Assembly: GCA_964596225.1 (NCBI GenBank)
Contig: CAZQUB010000001.1
Location: 8,944 to 72,943 of the forward strand
DNA from: an uncultured Acidimicrobiaceae bacterium
GTDB taxonomy: Bacteria; Actinomycetota; Acidimicrobiia; Spongiisociales; UBA5794
Reading direction: 5' to 3'
Length of the DNA stretch: 64,000 nt
Shown one piece after another: positions 1-8,636 of this stretch. The notes under the pieces were generated by a model. That model had not been told where the DNA came from. It was given only the letters and a program-made list of their open reading frames with translations, and ran no database searches. Both the position numbers and the translations under genes were made by a program. Position 1 is the first letter of the stretch, and each line of letters begins with the position of its first letter.

Positions 1-870
1 CTCGTTGGACGGCACCACCCGATCTGCGATGAGGAAGGTGACGGCACGGCCGTGATCGGCCATGATCCGCAGGCTGACGTCGGCGCCCTCCCTCTCCCCC
101 AGGCTCACGCCGGTGGCGCCCTCCGCCGCAGCCACGATCGGGCGGAGGAGGTCGGTATCGAAGACGGTCTCCTCGTCCTGGAGCACGACGGCGACCCGTT
201 CCAATCCGGCGCCGGTGTCGATGTTGCGGGCCGGGAGGTCACCGACGACGTGGTAGGGCTCGTCCTGGACGTTCTGCATGAACACCAGGTTCCAGAACTC
301 GACGAACCGTTCCTCGTCGACGACTGGTCCCCCGTCGGGGCCGTAGGCGGGGCCCTTGTCATAGAAGATCTCGGACGAGGGGCCGCACGGCCCCGGTACC
401 CCCATCTGCCAGAAGTTGTCCCGGTCGCGGCGCTGCACCCGATCGGGACGGACCCCGACGGTTTCGATCCAGATCTCCTCGGCTTCCTTGTCGGTCTGGT
501 GCACCGTGAACCAGAGACGATCGGGATCGAGGCCGAATCCTTCGGTGGCGAGGTCGTACGACCACGGGATCGCCTTCTCCTTGAAGTAGTCCCCGAAGCT
601 GAAGTTGCCCAGCATCTCGAAGAAGGTGAGGTGCCGTGCCGTCGTGCCCACGATGTCGATGTCCCCGGTGCGAGCGCATTTCTGGACGGAGGCGGCTCGC
701 GGGTACGGCGGGGTGGTCTCCCCGAGCATGTAGGGCTTGAACGGCACCATGCCGGCGTTGGTGAGCAGCAGGGTCGGGTCGACCGGAATCAGCGAGGCGC
801 TCGGCACGATGGTGTGCTCACGCGCCTCGAAGAACTCGAGGAAGGTGCGGCGGATGCGGTTGGTGTCCAT
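1..870 (-). CDS. alaS: Alanyl-tRNA synthetase, N-terminal 290 aa; partial, runs off the window start
   Basis: I translated the reverse complement myself; this ORF is absent from the track because it has no stop in the window. The product MDTNRIRRTFLEFFEAREHTIVPSASLIPVDPTLLLTNAGMVPFKPY...TARHLTFFEMLGNFSFGDYFKEKAI...DNFWQMGVPGPCGPSSEIFYD matches conserved AlaRS class II N-terminal motifs. The ATG lies at 870-868 on the minus strand and the frame ends exactly at position 1. Confidence 0.8.
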   Translation of the reverse strand, partial: MDTNRIRRTFLEFFEAREHTIVPSASLIPVDPTLLLTNAGMVPFKPYMLGETTPPYPRAASVQKCARTGDIDIVGTTARHLTFFEMLGNFSFGDYFKEKAIPWSYDLATEGFGLDPDRLWFTVHQTDKEAEEIWIETVGVRPDRVQRRDRDNFWQMGVPGPCGPSSEIFYDKGPAYGPDGGPVVDEERFVEFWNLVFMQNVQDEPYHVVGDLPARNIDTGAGLERVAVVLQDEETVFDTDLLRPIVAAAEGATGVSLGEREGADVSLRIMADHGRAVTFLIADRVVPSNE

Positions 871-924
871 TCGGTCCGGCAGGTTAGTGGCCCGATACGA
901 GCCACTCTCGCCGGTCCGTCTCGA

Positions 925-2277
925 TCACGTCTCCAGCAGCCGGTGGCAGGTGTCGGCTGCGTCCGCCGCGGGTACCTCGACGCTCTCTCCCGAGGCGAGG
1001 TCCTTGACCTGGACGGTGCCCGCGCTCCACTCCTGCTCGCCGGCGATGACGGCCAGCCGGTGGCCGCGGCGGTCGGCGTATTTCAGCTGGGTGCCGATCT
1101 TGCGAGGCTCCGGGTACATCTCGACGTCGAGCCCTCCTCGTCGTAGCCGGGTGGCGAGTGCCAGGTAGTCGTCGCGCCGGTCTTCCTCGAAGTACACCAC
1201 CAGCACCGAAGCTGCGGTCTCCCGGCGGGTCCCCAACTCCAGTTCGTCCATCGCCGCCAGCAACCGGTCGACGCCGAGGGAGGCGCCGACCCCGGGGAAG
1301 CGTTGCTTGGTGTAGAGGGATGCCAGGTCGTCGTAGCGGCCTCCCGAGCAGCAGCTCCCGATGTCGGGGAGGGCGTCGAGGAACGTCTCGAAGACGGTTC
1401 CGGTGTAGTAGTCGAGGCCGCGGGCAATGCTGACGTCGACCATGACCCGCCCGGCGGGCACCCCGGCTGCCGCCATCCCCTCGAGGACCTGACGGAGTTC
1501 CCCGACGCCGGTCGTGCCGGTCTCGGAGGAGGCGCTGAGCGACTCGAGCGTCTCCATGACGTCGTCGTTGCCCCCTTCGAGAGCGGCGAGGCGCAGGATC
1601 TCGTCTGCCTGCGACGCGGAGACGTCCGCCTCAGCCTCCAGTTCCGCCGTGACCGCTTCGCGACCGACCTTCGGCAGCTTGTCGAGTGCCCGCAGCACCG
1701 CGGTCGCCTGCCCGGTGAGGTCGAGGTGGTCGAGAAATCCGGTGAGGATCTTGCGGTTGTTGAGCCGGATGGTGAAGGCCTCGAATCCGAGCGCGGTGAA
1801 GAGGTCTTGGATGACGAGCCCGGTCTCGATGTCGGCCACGATGCTCTTGGTGCCGATGGTGTCGAAGTCACTCTGGAGGAACTCACGGAAGCGGCCCCGC
1901 TGGGTGTTCTCCCCCCGCCACACCGGCCCGACGTGGTACCGCTTGAACGGCGCCCCGAGCGTCCCGGCGTGCTGGGCCATGAAGCGGGCGAGCGGCACGG
2001 TCAGGTCGAAGCGCATGGCGACGTCGCGGCCCCCGGCGTCGTCGAAGCGGTAGAGCTGCTTGTCGGTCTCGTCGCTGCCCTTGCCGAGGAGGATGTCGCT
2101 GTGCTCGAGCGCGGGCGTGTCGATCGGGCTGTACCCGTAGGAGCGGAACACCCGCTTGGCGGTGTCGATGAGGTGCTCGCGGCGCAGCATCGGGCCCGGG
2201 AGGAAGTCCCGGAATCCTTTGAGGGTGCGCGGTTGGATGGGTGGTTGGCTCATGGTGCTCGGTCGGGTGGCTCCCAA
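925..2277 (-). CDS. hisS: Histidyl-tRNA synthetase
   Basis: The 450 aa ORF carries KGFRDFLP and RYHVGPVWRGENTQRGRFREF HisRS motifs and a C-terminal anticodon-binding domain. The true start may be the internal Met at about 2253 (MSQPPIQPRTLKGFRDFLP). Confidence 0.9.
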   Translation of the reverse strand: MGATRPSTMSQPPIQPRTLKGFRDFLPGPMLRREHLIDTAKRVFRSYGYSPIDTPALEHSDILLGKGSDETDKQLYRFDDAGGRDVAMRFDLTVPLARFMAQHAGTLGAPFKRYHVGPVWRGENTQRGRFREFLQSDFDTIGTKSIVADIETGLVIQDLFTALGFEAFTIRLNNRKILTGFLDHLDLTGQATAVLRALDKLPKVGREAVTAELEAEADVSASQADEILRLAALEGGNDDVMETLESLSASSETGTTGVGELRQVLEGMAAAGVPAGRVMVDVSIARGLDYYTGTVFETFLDALPDIGSCCSGGRYDDLASLYTKQRFPGVGASLGVDRLLAAMDELELGTRRETAASVLVVYFEEDRRDDYLALATRLRRGGLDVEMYPEPRKIGTQLKYADRRGHRLAVIAGEQEWSAGTVQVKDLASGESVEVPAADAADTCHRLLET

Positions 2278-2531
2278 AGGTAGTCGGTCGGACCGGCGCC
2301 CTAGCGGCGCCCGGCGGACCCGACCCGGGCCGATGCCGCGTCGAGAAGGTCGGCCGCTCCCCGCAGCCCTGCCTCGCGGATCGCGGGGCCGGTGACCTGG
2401 CGGCGCAGGTACGGCGAGCGCACCGCCACATAGGCGGCGGTGGCGACCATGGCGACGGCACCGAGCAGGAACCAGCGGATTCTCAGCAGCATGCCCTCAG
2501 GGTACGCAATCGGGACCGGGTGGTCGAGTCG

Positions 2532-3887
2532 TCAGCGGCGGCGGGGACGCTTCCGGAGGGTCGCGTCGATCTCGCCGAGCCTGCGCTTCAGGTCTGCTTC
2601 CTCGCCGAGATCCTTCGGGACGTACAGCACGGCGTCGGTCGCTTCGTCGGGAAGGTACTGCTGGGGAAGCACGGCCCCTTCCCGGTCGTGCGGGTAGAGG
2701 TAGCCGACCCCGTCGCCGAGCGCTCGCTGCGCCTCGGAGACGGCGGAACGCAGATGGGGCGGCACCGCCGCCCCCGGGGTGCCCTCGACGAGGTCGCGGG
2801 CGCGGCCCATCGCTTCGGTGACCGAATTGGACTTGGGGGCGAGGGCCAGGTAGACGGCGGCGTGTGACAGGGCGTACGCCCCCTCGGGCAGGCCGATCAC
2901 CTGGACGGCGTGGAAGGCGTTCACCGCCACGCCGAGGGCCCGGTGGTCGGCCAGGCCGACGTCCTCCGACGCCAGGATGACGAGCCGCCGGGCGATGAAG
3001 ATGGGGTCTTCCCCCGCCTCCAGCATGGTGTGCAGCCAGTAGAGGGCGGCGTCGGGGTCCGAGCCGCGTACGCTCTTGATGAAGGCCGAGATGACGTCGT
3101 AGTGGCGGTCGCCCGCCTTGTCATAGCGGATGACGCGCCGCTGCAACGCCTCGCCGATGTCGTCGATGCCGACCGCGCCGCTACCCCGGCCGCGGGCGAT
3201 GGCGGCGGCGACTTCGAGCGTGTTGAGGGCGAGCCGGGCGTCTCCCCCGACGCGTTCCGCCAGCGCCTCGGCGGCGTCGTTGCCGAGGGTCACCCCGCCC
3301 CCCAGCCCCCGCACCGGGTCCTGCAGCGCGTTCCGGATCACGGCGCCGATCTCCTCGGGGCTGAGCGTCTCGGTACGGAACACGGTGCAGCGGGAGATGA
3401 GCGGGGAGTTGACCTCGAAGAACGGGTTCTCGGTGGTGGCCCCGATCAGGATCACGATTCCGTCCTCCACTCCCGGCAGCAGGGCGTCCTGCTGCGCCTT
3501 GGTGAAGCGGTGGATCTCGTCGAGGAAGAGCACGGTGCGGCCCCGGCCTTCCTCGATGCGCCGAGCGGCTGCCGCCAGCACCTCCCGCACGTCCTTCACC
3601 CCGGCGGAGGTGGCGGAGAGAGGCGAGAACCGTGCCTTGGAGGACCCGGCGACGAGACGGGCCAGTGTCGTCTTTCCGGTGCCGGGCGGTCCCCACAGGA
3701 TCATGGACGACGGTTCCCCCGACTCGACGAGGGCACGAAAAGCCGCTCCGGGAGCCACGAGATGGGCCTGGCCTGCGATCTCGTCGAGGGACCGGGGACG
3801 CATCCGCGCCGCCAGCGGCGCCACCGCCCGCCGGCGGGCGGCACGGTCCTCGGCGAACAGGTCGTCCTGGTCGCCGGGCACGGTCAT
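2532..3887 (-). CDS. rarA: Replication-associated recombination protein A (AAA+ ATPase, MgsA/RarA)
   Basis: It has the Walker A motif GPPGTGKTTLA, an AAA lid and a MgsA C-terminal domain. The track ORF 2532..4136 is N-terminally extended. I chose the internal start MTVPGDQDDLFAEDR at 3887 because the extension overlaps aspS by 250 nt and is Arg/Pro-rich junk. This start overlaps the aspS stop as ATGA. Confidence 0.85.
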   Translation of the reverse strand: MTVPGDQDDLFAEDRAARRRAVAPLAARMRPRSLDEIAGQAHLVAPGAAFRALVESGEPSSMILWGPPGTGKTTLARLVAGSSKARFSPLSATSAGVKDVREVLAAAARRIEEGRGRTVLFLDEIHRFTKAQQDALLPGVEDGIVILIGATTENPFFEVNSPLISRCTVFRTETLSPEEIGAVIRNALQDPVRGLGGGVTLGNDAAEALAERVGGDARLALNTLEVAAAIARGRGSGAVGIDDIGEALQRRVIRYDKAGDRHYDVISAFIKSVRGSDPDAALYWLHTMLEAGEDPIFIARRLVILASEDVGLADHRALGVAVNAFHAVQVIGLPEGAYALSHAAVYLALAPKSNSVTEAMGRARDLVEGTPGAAVPPHLRSAVSEAQRALGDGVGYLYPHDREGAVLPQQYLPDEATDAVLYVPKDLGEEADLKRRLGEIDATLRKRPRRR

Positions 3888-5680
3888 GTCTCGCCGTCGT
3901 CCTCGGCCCAGGTGCGGCGCACCAGGGGGCGCACGTCGATGCCGAGTTCGATGAGTTGCGCGTCGTCGACCCGGCTGGGCGACCCGGTGAGGGGGTCGCC
4001 GCCGGTTTGGGTCTTGGGGAAGGGGATGACTTCGCGGATGTTGGGCTCGTTCTGCAGGATCGACACCAGGCGGTCGACGCCGATGGCGAACCCGGCATGG
4101 GGTGGCGTCCCGTAGCGGAGCGCCTCGAGGAACCACCCGAAGCGGCGTTGCGCATCCTCCGGGGAGATGCCGAGGACGTCGAAGACCTGGGCCTGCACCG
4201 CGGGGTCGTGGATCCGGACACTCCCCGATCCGAGTTCGCTGCCGTTGAGGACCAGGTCGTAGGCCTTCGAGATCGCGGTTCGGGGTGAATCGCGCATCTC
4301 GTCGACCGAGACGGGTTGGGTGAAGGGATGGTGGGCCGGGGCGAGGTTCCCGTCGTCGTCACTCTCGAACACCGGGAAGTCGGTCACGAACAGGAACGAC
4401 AACTCGTCGTGGTCGGTGGGCCGTCCCAATTCGAGACGGAGTTGCCCGAGCACGGCCGACACCACCCGGGCCGTGTCGGCGGCAAGGAGGAGCACGTCGC
4501 CGGGACCGGCTCCGAGCGCCTCCTGCAGGGCACGGTGCTCGCCGTCGGCGAGGAACTTGCCGACCGGAGAGCGCAGCGTGCCGTCGTCCTCCCCCACCAA
4601 CCAGACGAGCCCTTTGGCGCCCAGCTCCTGGGCCCGGGAGACGAGGCGATCGAGGCCGGCGCGCGACAGGCCGAGCTCCCCTGCGTTGATGCCGCGGACC
4701 ACGCCCCCGTCGGCCAGCACCCCGGCGAAGGCCTTGAATTCGGTGGTGGCGAACACCGCACCGAGGTCGGTGATCTCCATCCCGAAGCGGAGGTCGGGCT
4801 TGTCGGTCCCGTAGCGGGCCATCGCCTCGGCATAGGTGAGGCGCGGGAAGGGCCGCTCGAGTTCGACGCCACGTGCGTCGCGGGCGACCTCGGACACGAT
4901 CGCCTCCAAGGTCTCCAGCACGTCGTCCTGGCCCCAGAACGACCCTTCGAGGTCGAGCTGGGTGAACTCGAGCTGGCGGTCAGCCCGAAAGTCCTCGTCG
5001 CGGTAGCAGCGGGCCACCTGGTAGTAGCGCTCCACCCCGCCGATCATCAGGAGCTGCTTGAAGAGCTGGGGCGACTGGGGCAGGGCGTAGAAGTGACCGG
5101 GCCGGAGACGGCTGGGAACGAGCATGTCCCGTGCCCCCTCGGGGGTGGAGGCGATCAGGGTCGGGGTTTCGACCTCGAGGAACCCGGCGCCGTCGAGGAC
5201 CCGGCGCATCGCCCTGATCACGGTGGAACGGGCTCGCAGGTTGGCGGCCATGCGGGCGGTCCGGAGATCGAGGTAGCGGTATTGCAGCCGGCGTTCCTCG
5301 GCGACCTCTACCCGGGCGTCGAGTTGGAACGGGAGCGGATCGGCGGGGCTGAGAACCTCGAGGTGGGAGGCGACCACCTCGACCTCGCCGCTGGGGAGAT
5401 CCGGATTCACCGTCCCTTCGGGACGGGCCCGCACCGCGCCCGACACCGCGATGCAGTATTCGGTGCGGAGCCCGTGCAACACCTCGAGCGGGGCCGGCTC
5501 ATCCTCCGGGTTGAGCACCACCTGGGCCAGGCCGGAGGCGTCTCTGACGTCGACGAAGATGACCCCGCCGTGGTCGCGGCGCCGTGCTACCCATCCCGCC
5601 AACCGGACCTCCCGTCCGATGTCGGTGCCTCGTAGCTCGCCGGCGAGGGCGGTTCTCAGTGGTTGGTTGTCCGTCCCCAT
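3884..5680 (-). CDS. aspS: Aspartyl-tRNA synthetase
   Basis: The 598 aa product has an OB-fold N-terminus, class II motifs (FYALPQSPQLFKQLLM, GGVERYYQVARCYRDED) and a GAD insertion. Its stop TGA overlaps the rarA ATG. Confidence 0.9.
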   Translation of the reverse strand: MGTDNQPLRTALAGELRGTDIGREVRLAGWVARRRDHGGVIFVDVRDASGLAQVVLNPEDEPAPLEVLHGLRTEYCIAVSGAVRARPEGTVNPDLPSGEVEVVASHLEVLSPADPLPFQLDARVEVAEERRLQYRYLDLRTARMAANLRARSTVIRAMRRVLDGAGFLEVETPTLIASTPEGARDMLVPSRLRPGHFYALPQSPQLFKQLLMIGGVERYYQVARCYRDEDFRADRQLEFTQLDLEGSFWGQDDVLETLEAIVSEVARDARGVELERPFPRLTYAEAMARYGTDKPDLRFGMEITDLGAVFATTEFKAFAGVLADGGVVRGINAGELGLSRAGLDRLVSRAQELGAKGLVWLVGEDDGTLRSPVGKFLADGEHRALQEALGAGPGDVLLLAADTARVVSAVLGQLRLELGRPTDHDELSFLFVTDFPVFESDDDGNLAPAHHPFTQPVSVDEMRDSPRTAISKAYDLVLNGSELGSGSVRIHDPAVQAQVFDVLGISPEDAQRRFGWFLEALRYGTPPHAGFAIGVDRLVSILQNEPNIREVIPFPKTQTGGDPLTGSPSRVDDAQLIELGIDVRPLVRRTWAEDDGET

Positions 5681-5719
5681 GGTCTCCTCGTCGGGTCGGG
5701 CGGCCGTGACGCGGTCGGG

Positions 5720-6376
5720 TCACACCTGCTGCAAGAAGGGGTTGGTGCGACGCTCCAGGGCCAGGGTAGTCGCCGGACCATGCCCCGGAAGTACCCGCGT
5801 CTCGTCGGGGAGCGGCAGAATCTTGTCGGCCATGGATCGCAGCAGGGTGGCGTGGTCGCCGCCGGGGAGGTCGGTCCTGCCGACGGACCCGGCGAAGAGG
5901 TGATCACCCGCGAAGAGGACCCCCTCCTCGTGATGCAGGAAGCAGCAATGGCCCGGGGTGTGGCCGGGGGTGTGGAGCACCTCGAGGGAGACTCCGGCGA
6001 TGTCGAGGACCATCCCGTCGGAGAGGCCGGCGAACTCGTCGGGCGGTGCGAACTGGTCCGCGACCTCGGGAGGGAACTCGGCCCCGAGCAGGGTGGCGAG
6101 CTGGAGACGGGGGTCGCGCGCCAGCCACTCGTCGTCGGGATGGAGGTAGGCCCGCATCGCCCACCGCGCCGCAGCGTCGCGGGCACCGCCTTCATGGTCG
6201 AGGTGGGCGTGGGTGAGGAGGAGCCCGACCGGCACCACGTGGTGGCGGTTCACCAGCTCGGCGAGCCCGTCGAGGTCGGGCGGGGCGTCGATGAGAAGGC
6301 CGGGACCTCCCGCGGCGGGGGCCACCAGGTAGCAGTTCGTCTCGGCCAGCCAGAGGGCGCGGCTCTCGATGATCAT
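5720..6376 (-). CDS. MBL-fold metallo-hydrolase (glyoxalase II-like)
   Basis: The HxHxDH motif (THAHLDHEGG) and downstream His/Asp ligands (HTPGHTPGH, GDHLF) are present. Its position, rel-proximal and hisS-proximal, mirrors M. tuberculosis Rv2581c. Confidence 0.8.
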   Translation of the reverse strand: MIIESRALWLAETNCYLVAPAAGGPGLLIDAPPDLDGLAELVNRHHVVPVGLLLTHAHLDHEGGARDAAARWAMRAYLHPDDEWLARDPRLQLATLLGAEFPPEVADQFAPPDEFAGLSDGMVLDIAGVSLEVLHTPGHTPGHCCFLHHEEGVLFAGDHLFAGSVGRTDLPGGDHATLLRSMADKILPLPDETRVLPGHGPATTLALERRTNPFLQQV

Positions 6377-6400
6377 CCGGCGCCCGAGCCTACCGTTCGC

Positions 6401-8005
6401 TCAGGAACAGCCCGCCGCGGTCGCCCAGCAGGGAGTGGTGATCTCCCGCCAGTTCGTGTAGGTCCATTCCTCCCGCAGCAGGGGGAAGAACGGAGGACGA
6501 ATCCGGTCGAGGCGCTCGTCGAAGTTGTAGTTGCGGGTCTGGAACGACTGGGCGAAGTCGCCGGTCTCGACCGCGGCGAACGATCCGTAGGTGGTCAGCT
6601 CGGCGTGGAACGGCGTCTGGGCGCTGCCGTCGTCGCCGCAGGAACGGGCGGTGGCGATGCTGCCGTTCTGGGAGAGCATGGCTGCGTAGATGTGAAGTTC
6701 CCGATCCCCCCCCACCGCGTTGGGGTTGACCCGGATCTCGTCGGAGGCGACCAGGCCGAGCACGTCGGTGCCGTCGAGGCCGTCGGCGTACCGGATGTCG
6801 CTGGCGATGATGACGTTGCGGCGGGCCGACGAGTTGCCGGCGTAGATGGAGAGCTGGCCGGACAGTTCGAAGGCGTCGGAGGAGTCTTCCCCGATCACGA
6901 CGTGCTGGTTGGCCCACAGCGCTCCGTTGGCGGGGAGGTCGTAGGTGTCGAGGTAGTGCCAGTTGGCGTTCTGGGAGTTGACCCACCACCGCTCCTCCGA
7001 GGTGAGGCATCCGGATCCACCGGGGGCGCTGGTGGAGTATGAGATCCGAAGCTTGGTCTCGCCGCCCTGCTGGACGGTCTGGATGAGGTAGGCGTTGACC
7101 CCGTTCGGGATCGAGTGGTCGGTGCTGCTGTCGAGGCAGATCCCTCCCCCTCCGCAGGCGGCTTGTTGCAGCAGGTCGAGGTCGTCCCAGAAACGATCGA
7201 AGTCGATCGGGTCGGGGTAGACGTCGGTGATGTACTCCCCCGCCGCGTTGTGGTCCCCGGTGCTGTCCCATCCCTCGGCCCCGTCCATCCAGGTGGGGGC
7301 GTAGTACCAGGTGAAACCGTCCCGGTACCCGATCAAACCCTCGGCGTAGACGTTGCCGTATGCCTTGGCGCCGGAGAGGTAGCCGATGTTGCCGCCGGAG
7401 TAGACCTTCCCGATCGAGTTGGCCCCGTCCCCGAATCGGAGATCGTCCTCCAGGAGCCAGGCGAACTCGGAGAGGGATTCGGCACGGATCTCCACGGTGA
7501 CCGCCCGGGTCACGGGACGGACGTTCTGGCGGCCCACCACGGTGACCTCGAGGGCACCTCCGTGGGCCGGTGGCGTGACGTGCAGCAGCACCTCGACGTC
7601 GTCGGCGGTGGTGGCGGTGCCGCCACCGAACAGGGGATGGACGTAGTAGTCCGAGGTCTCCTGGTAGCTCCATGTCTCGCAGTCCTCGACCCACGTGTTG
7701 CCGGGGCCGACGACCGCCCCGTAGTTGGACGAGGTGCTGTCGGTGCACACCCGGGGGGCCTCCGCCTCGTCGACGTAGGAGAGGTAGTACGACGGGTCGA
7801 TCGTCATCTTGGCGGCGTAGCGTTCCAGCATCGCCTCGGTCCCTGCCAGGACGGTGTCTTCCCGTTTCCCGAGGTCGGCCCGGTCCGTTTGGTTCACGGC
7901 GAGGCGGGACAGCAGCACCGTGAGGATCACGATGGTGAACACCCCGATGATGACGGTGCCGAGGGCGAACCCTCCCTCGTCCCGAAGGCGGCGGACCCTA
8001 TCCAT
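6401..8005 (-). CDS. Prepilin-type N-terminal cleavage/methylation domain protein, 534 aa, large C-terminal domain
   Basis: The N-terminus MDRVRRLRDEGG|FALGTVIIGVFTIVILTVLL has a short charged leader, a Gly at -1 and a hydrophobic helix, a class III signal-like pattern. The C-terminal 450 aa is Gly/Tyr/Asn-rich with no recognisable enzyme motif. It overlaps the upstream gene by 8 nt. Confidence 0.6.
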   Translation of the reverse strand: MDRVRRLRDEGGFALGTVIIGVFTIVILTVLLSRLAVNQTDRADLGKREDTVLAGTEAMLERYAAKMTIDPSYYLSYVDEAEAPRVCTDSTSSNYGAVVGPGNTWVEDCETWSYQETSDYYVHPLFGGGTATTADDVEVLLHVTPPAHGGALEVTVVGRQNVRPVTRAVTVEIRAESLSEFAWLLEDDLRFGDGANSIGKVYSGGNIGYLSGAKAYGNVYAEGLIGYRDGFTWYYAPTWMDGAEGWDSTGDHNAAGEYITDVYPDPIDFDRFWDDLDLLQQAACGGGGICLDSSTDHSIPNGVNAYLIQTVQQGGETKLRISYSTSAPGGSGCLTSEERWWVNSQNANWHYLDTYDLPANGALWANQHVVIGEDSSDAFELSGQLSIYAGNSSARRNVIIASDIRYADGLDGTDVLGLVASDEIRVNPNAVGGDRELHIYAAMLSQNGSIATARSCGDDGSAQTPFHAELTTYGSFAAVETGDFAQSFQTRNYNFDERLDRIRPPFFPLLREEWTYTNWREITTPCWATAAGCS

Positions 8006-8636
8006 TGCGCAACCTCACGTCCTCGAGCACCTCGACCGGCTCCACCCCTGTGTCGAGACGGTCGGGTTCGATCCGGAGCCGGATCCGCACCATGAGGAAC
8101 TCGCAGGCGTGGAAGGCGTCGCCGCAGGAATCGACCACCTCCTCGCTGCCGGTGCTCCACGACACCCCCTCGAACAGAGGGTTGGCGCCGTCCACGATGA
8201 CGTTCTGGGCAACGACGTTGCTCATCGGATCGCCGCTGAACGTCCAGTTGGGCCCGCTCCCGGTGTCGGCCACGGTGCGGTCCCTCACCAGGTCACAGAG
8301 GCCGCCGCTGCAGTTGTCGAGGCGGTAGCGGTACCACTCGGGTCCGGGGTCCCCTGCGTAGCGGTCGGCCGCGAACTGGAGGTCGAGCGAACTCCAGTCG
8401 CCGTCGAGGGAGGCGACCACGAAGCCGTCGCCGTCGAGGTCGACCGCCTGGCGCAGTTCCACCACCAGTTCCGAGATGGCGGTGCCGGCCTCGGTGGTGG
8501 CGTTGGCGCGGCTCTCCTGGAGGGCGACGTTGCCGTTGAGGCTGATGAACATGGTGATCATGGCGGCGGCGATGATGGTGGAGAGGGCCCCGGCCACCGT
8601 CACCTCGATGAGGGTCATGCCCCGTTCGTCCTTCAT
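7998..8636 (-). CDS. Prepilin-type (type IV pilin-like) minor pilin/pseudopilin, about 212 aa
   Basis: The internal start MKDERG|MTLIEVTVAGALSTIIAAAMITMF is a canonical G|(F/M)TLIE prepilin peptidase site with Glu at +5. The track ORF 7998..8735 is N-extended. The chosen ATG forms an ATGA overlap with the upstream gene stop at 8633. Confidence 0.65.
   Translation of the reverse strand: MKDERGMTLIEVTVAGALSTIIAAAMITMFISLNGNVALQESRANATTEAGTAISELVVELRQAVDLDGDGFVVASLDGDWSSLDLQFAADRYAGDPGPEWYRYRLDNCSGGLCDLVRDRTVADTGSGPNWTFSGDPMSNVVAQNVIVDGANPLFEGVSWSTGSEEVVDSCGDAFHACEFLMVRIRLRIEPDRLDTGVEPVEVLEDVRLRNG

Noticed and set aside
52-1146. 364 aa plus-strand ORF at the window start
   Set aside because: It is antisense to the alaS N-terminus, which has unmistakable AlaRS motifs on the minus strand. 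Its composition is Gly/Arg/Val/Asp-rich, typical of a reverse-frame read of high-GC coding DNA.
2301-2492. 63 aa minus-strand ORF between rarA and hisS (MLLRIRWFLLGAVAMVATAAYVAVRSPYLRR...)
   Set aside because: It has one plausible TM helix and sits in a 250 bp gap, so it could be a real small membrane protein. It has no recognisable RBS or homology, and a chance ORF is likely in 70% GC DNA. Left uncalled; worth a ribosome-profiling check.
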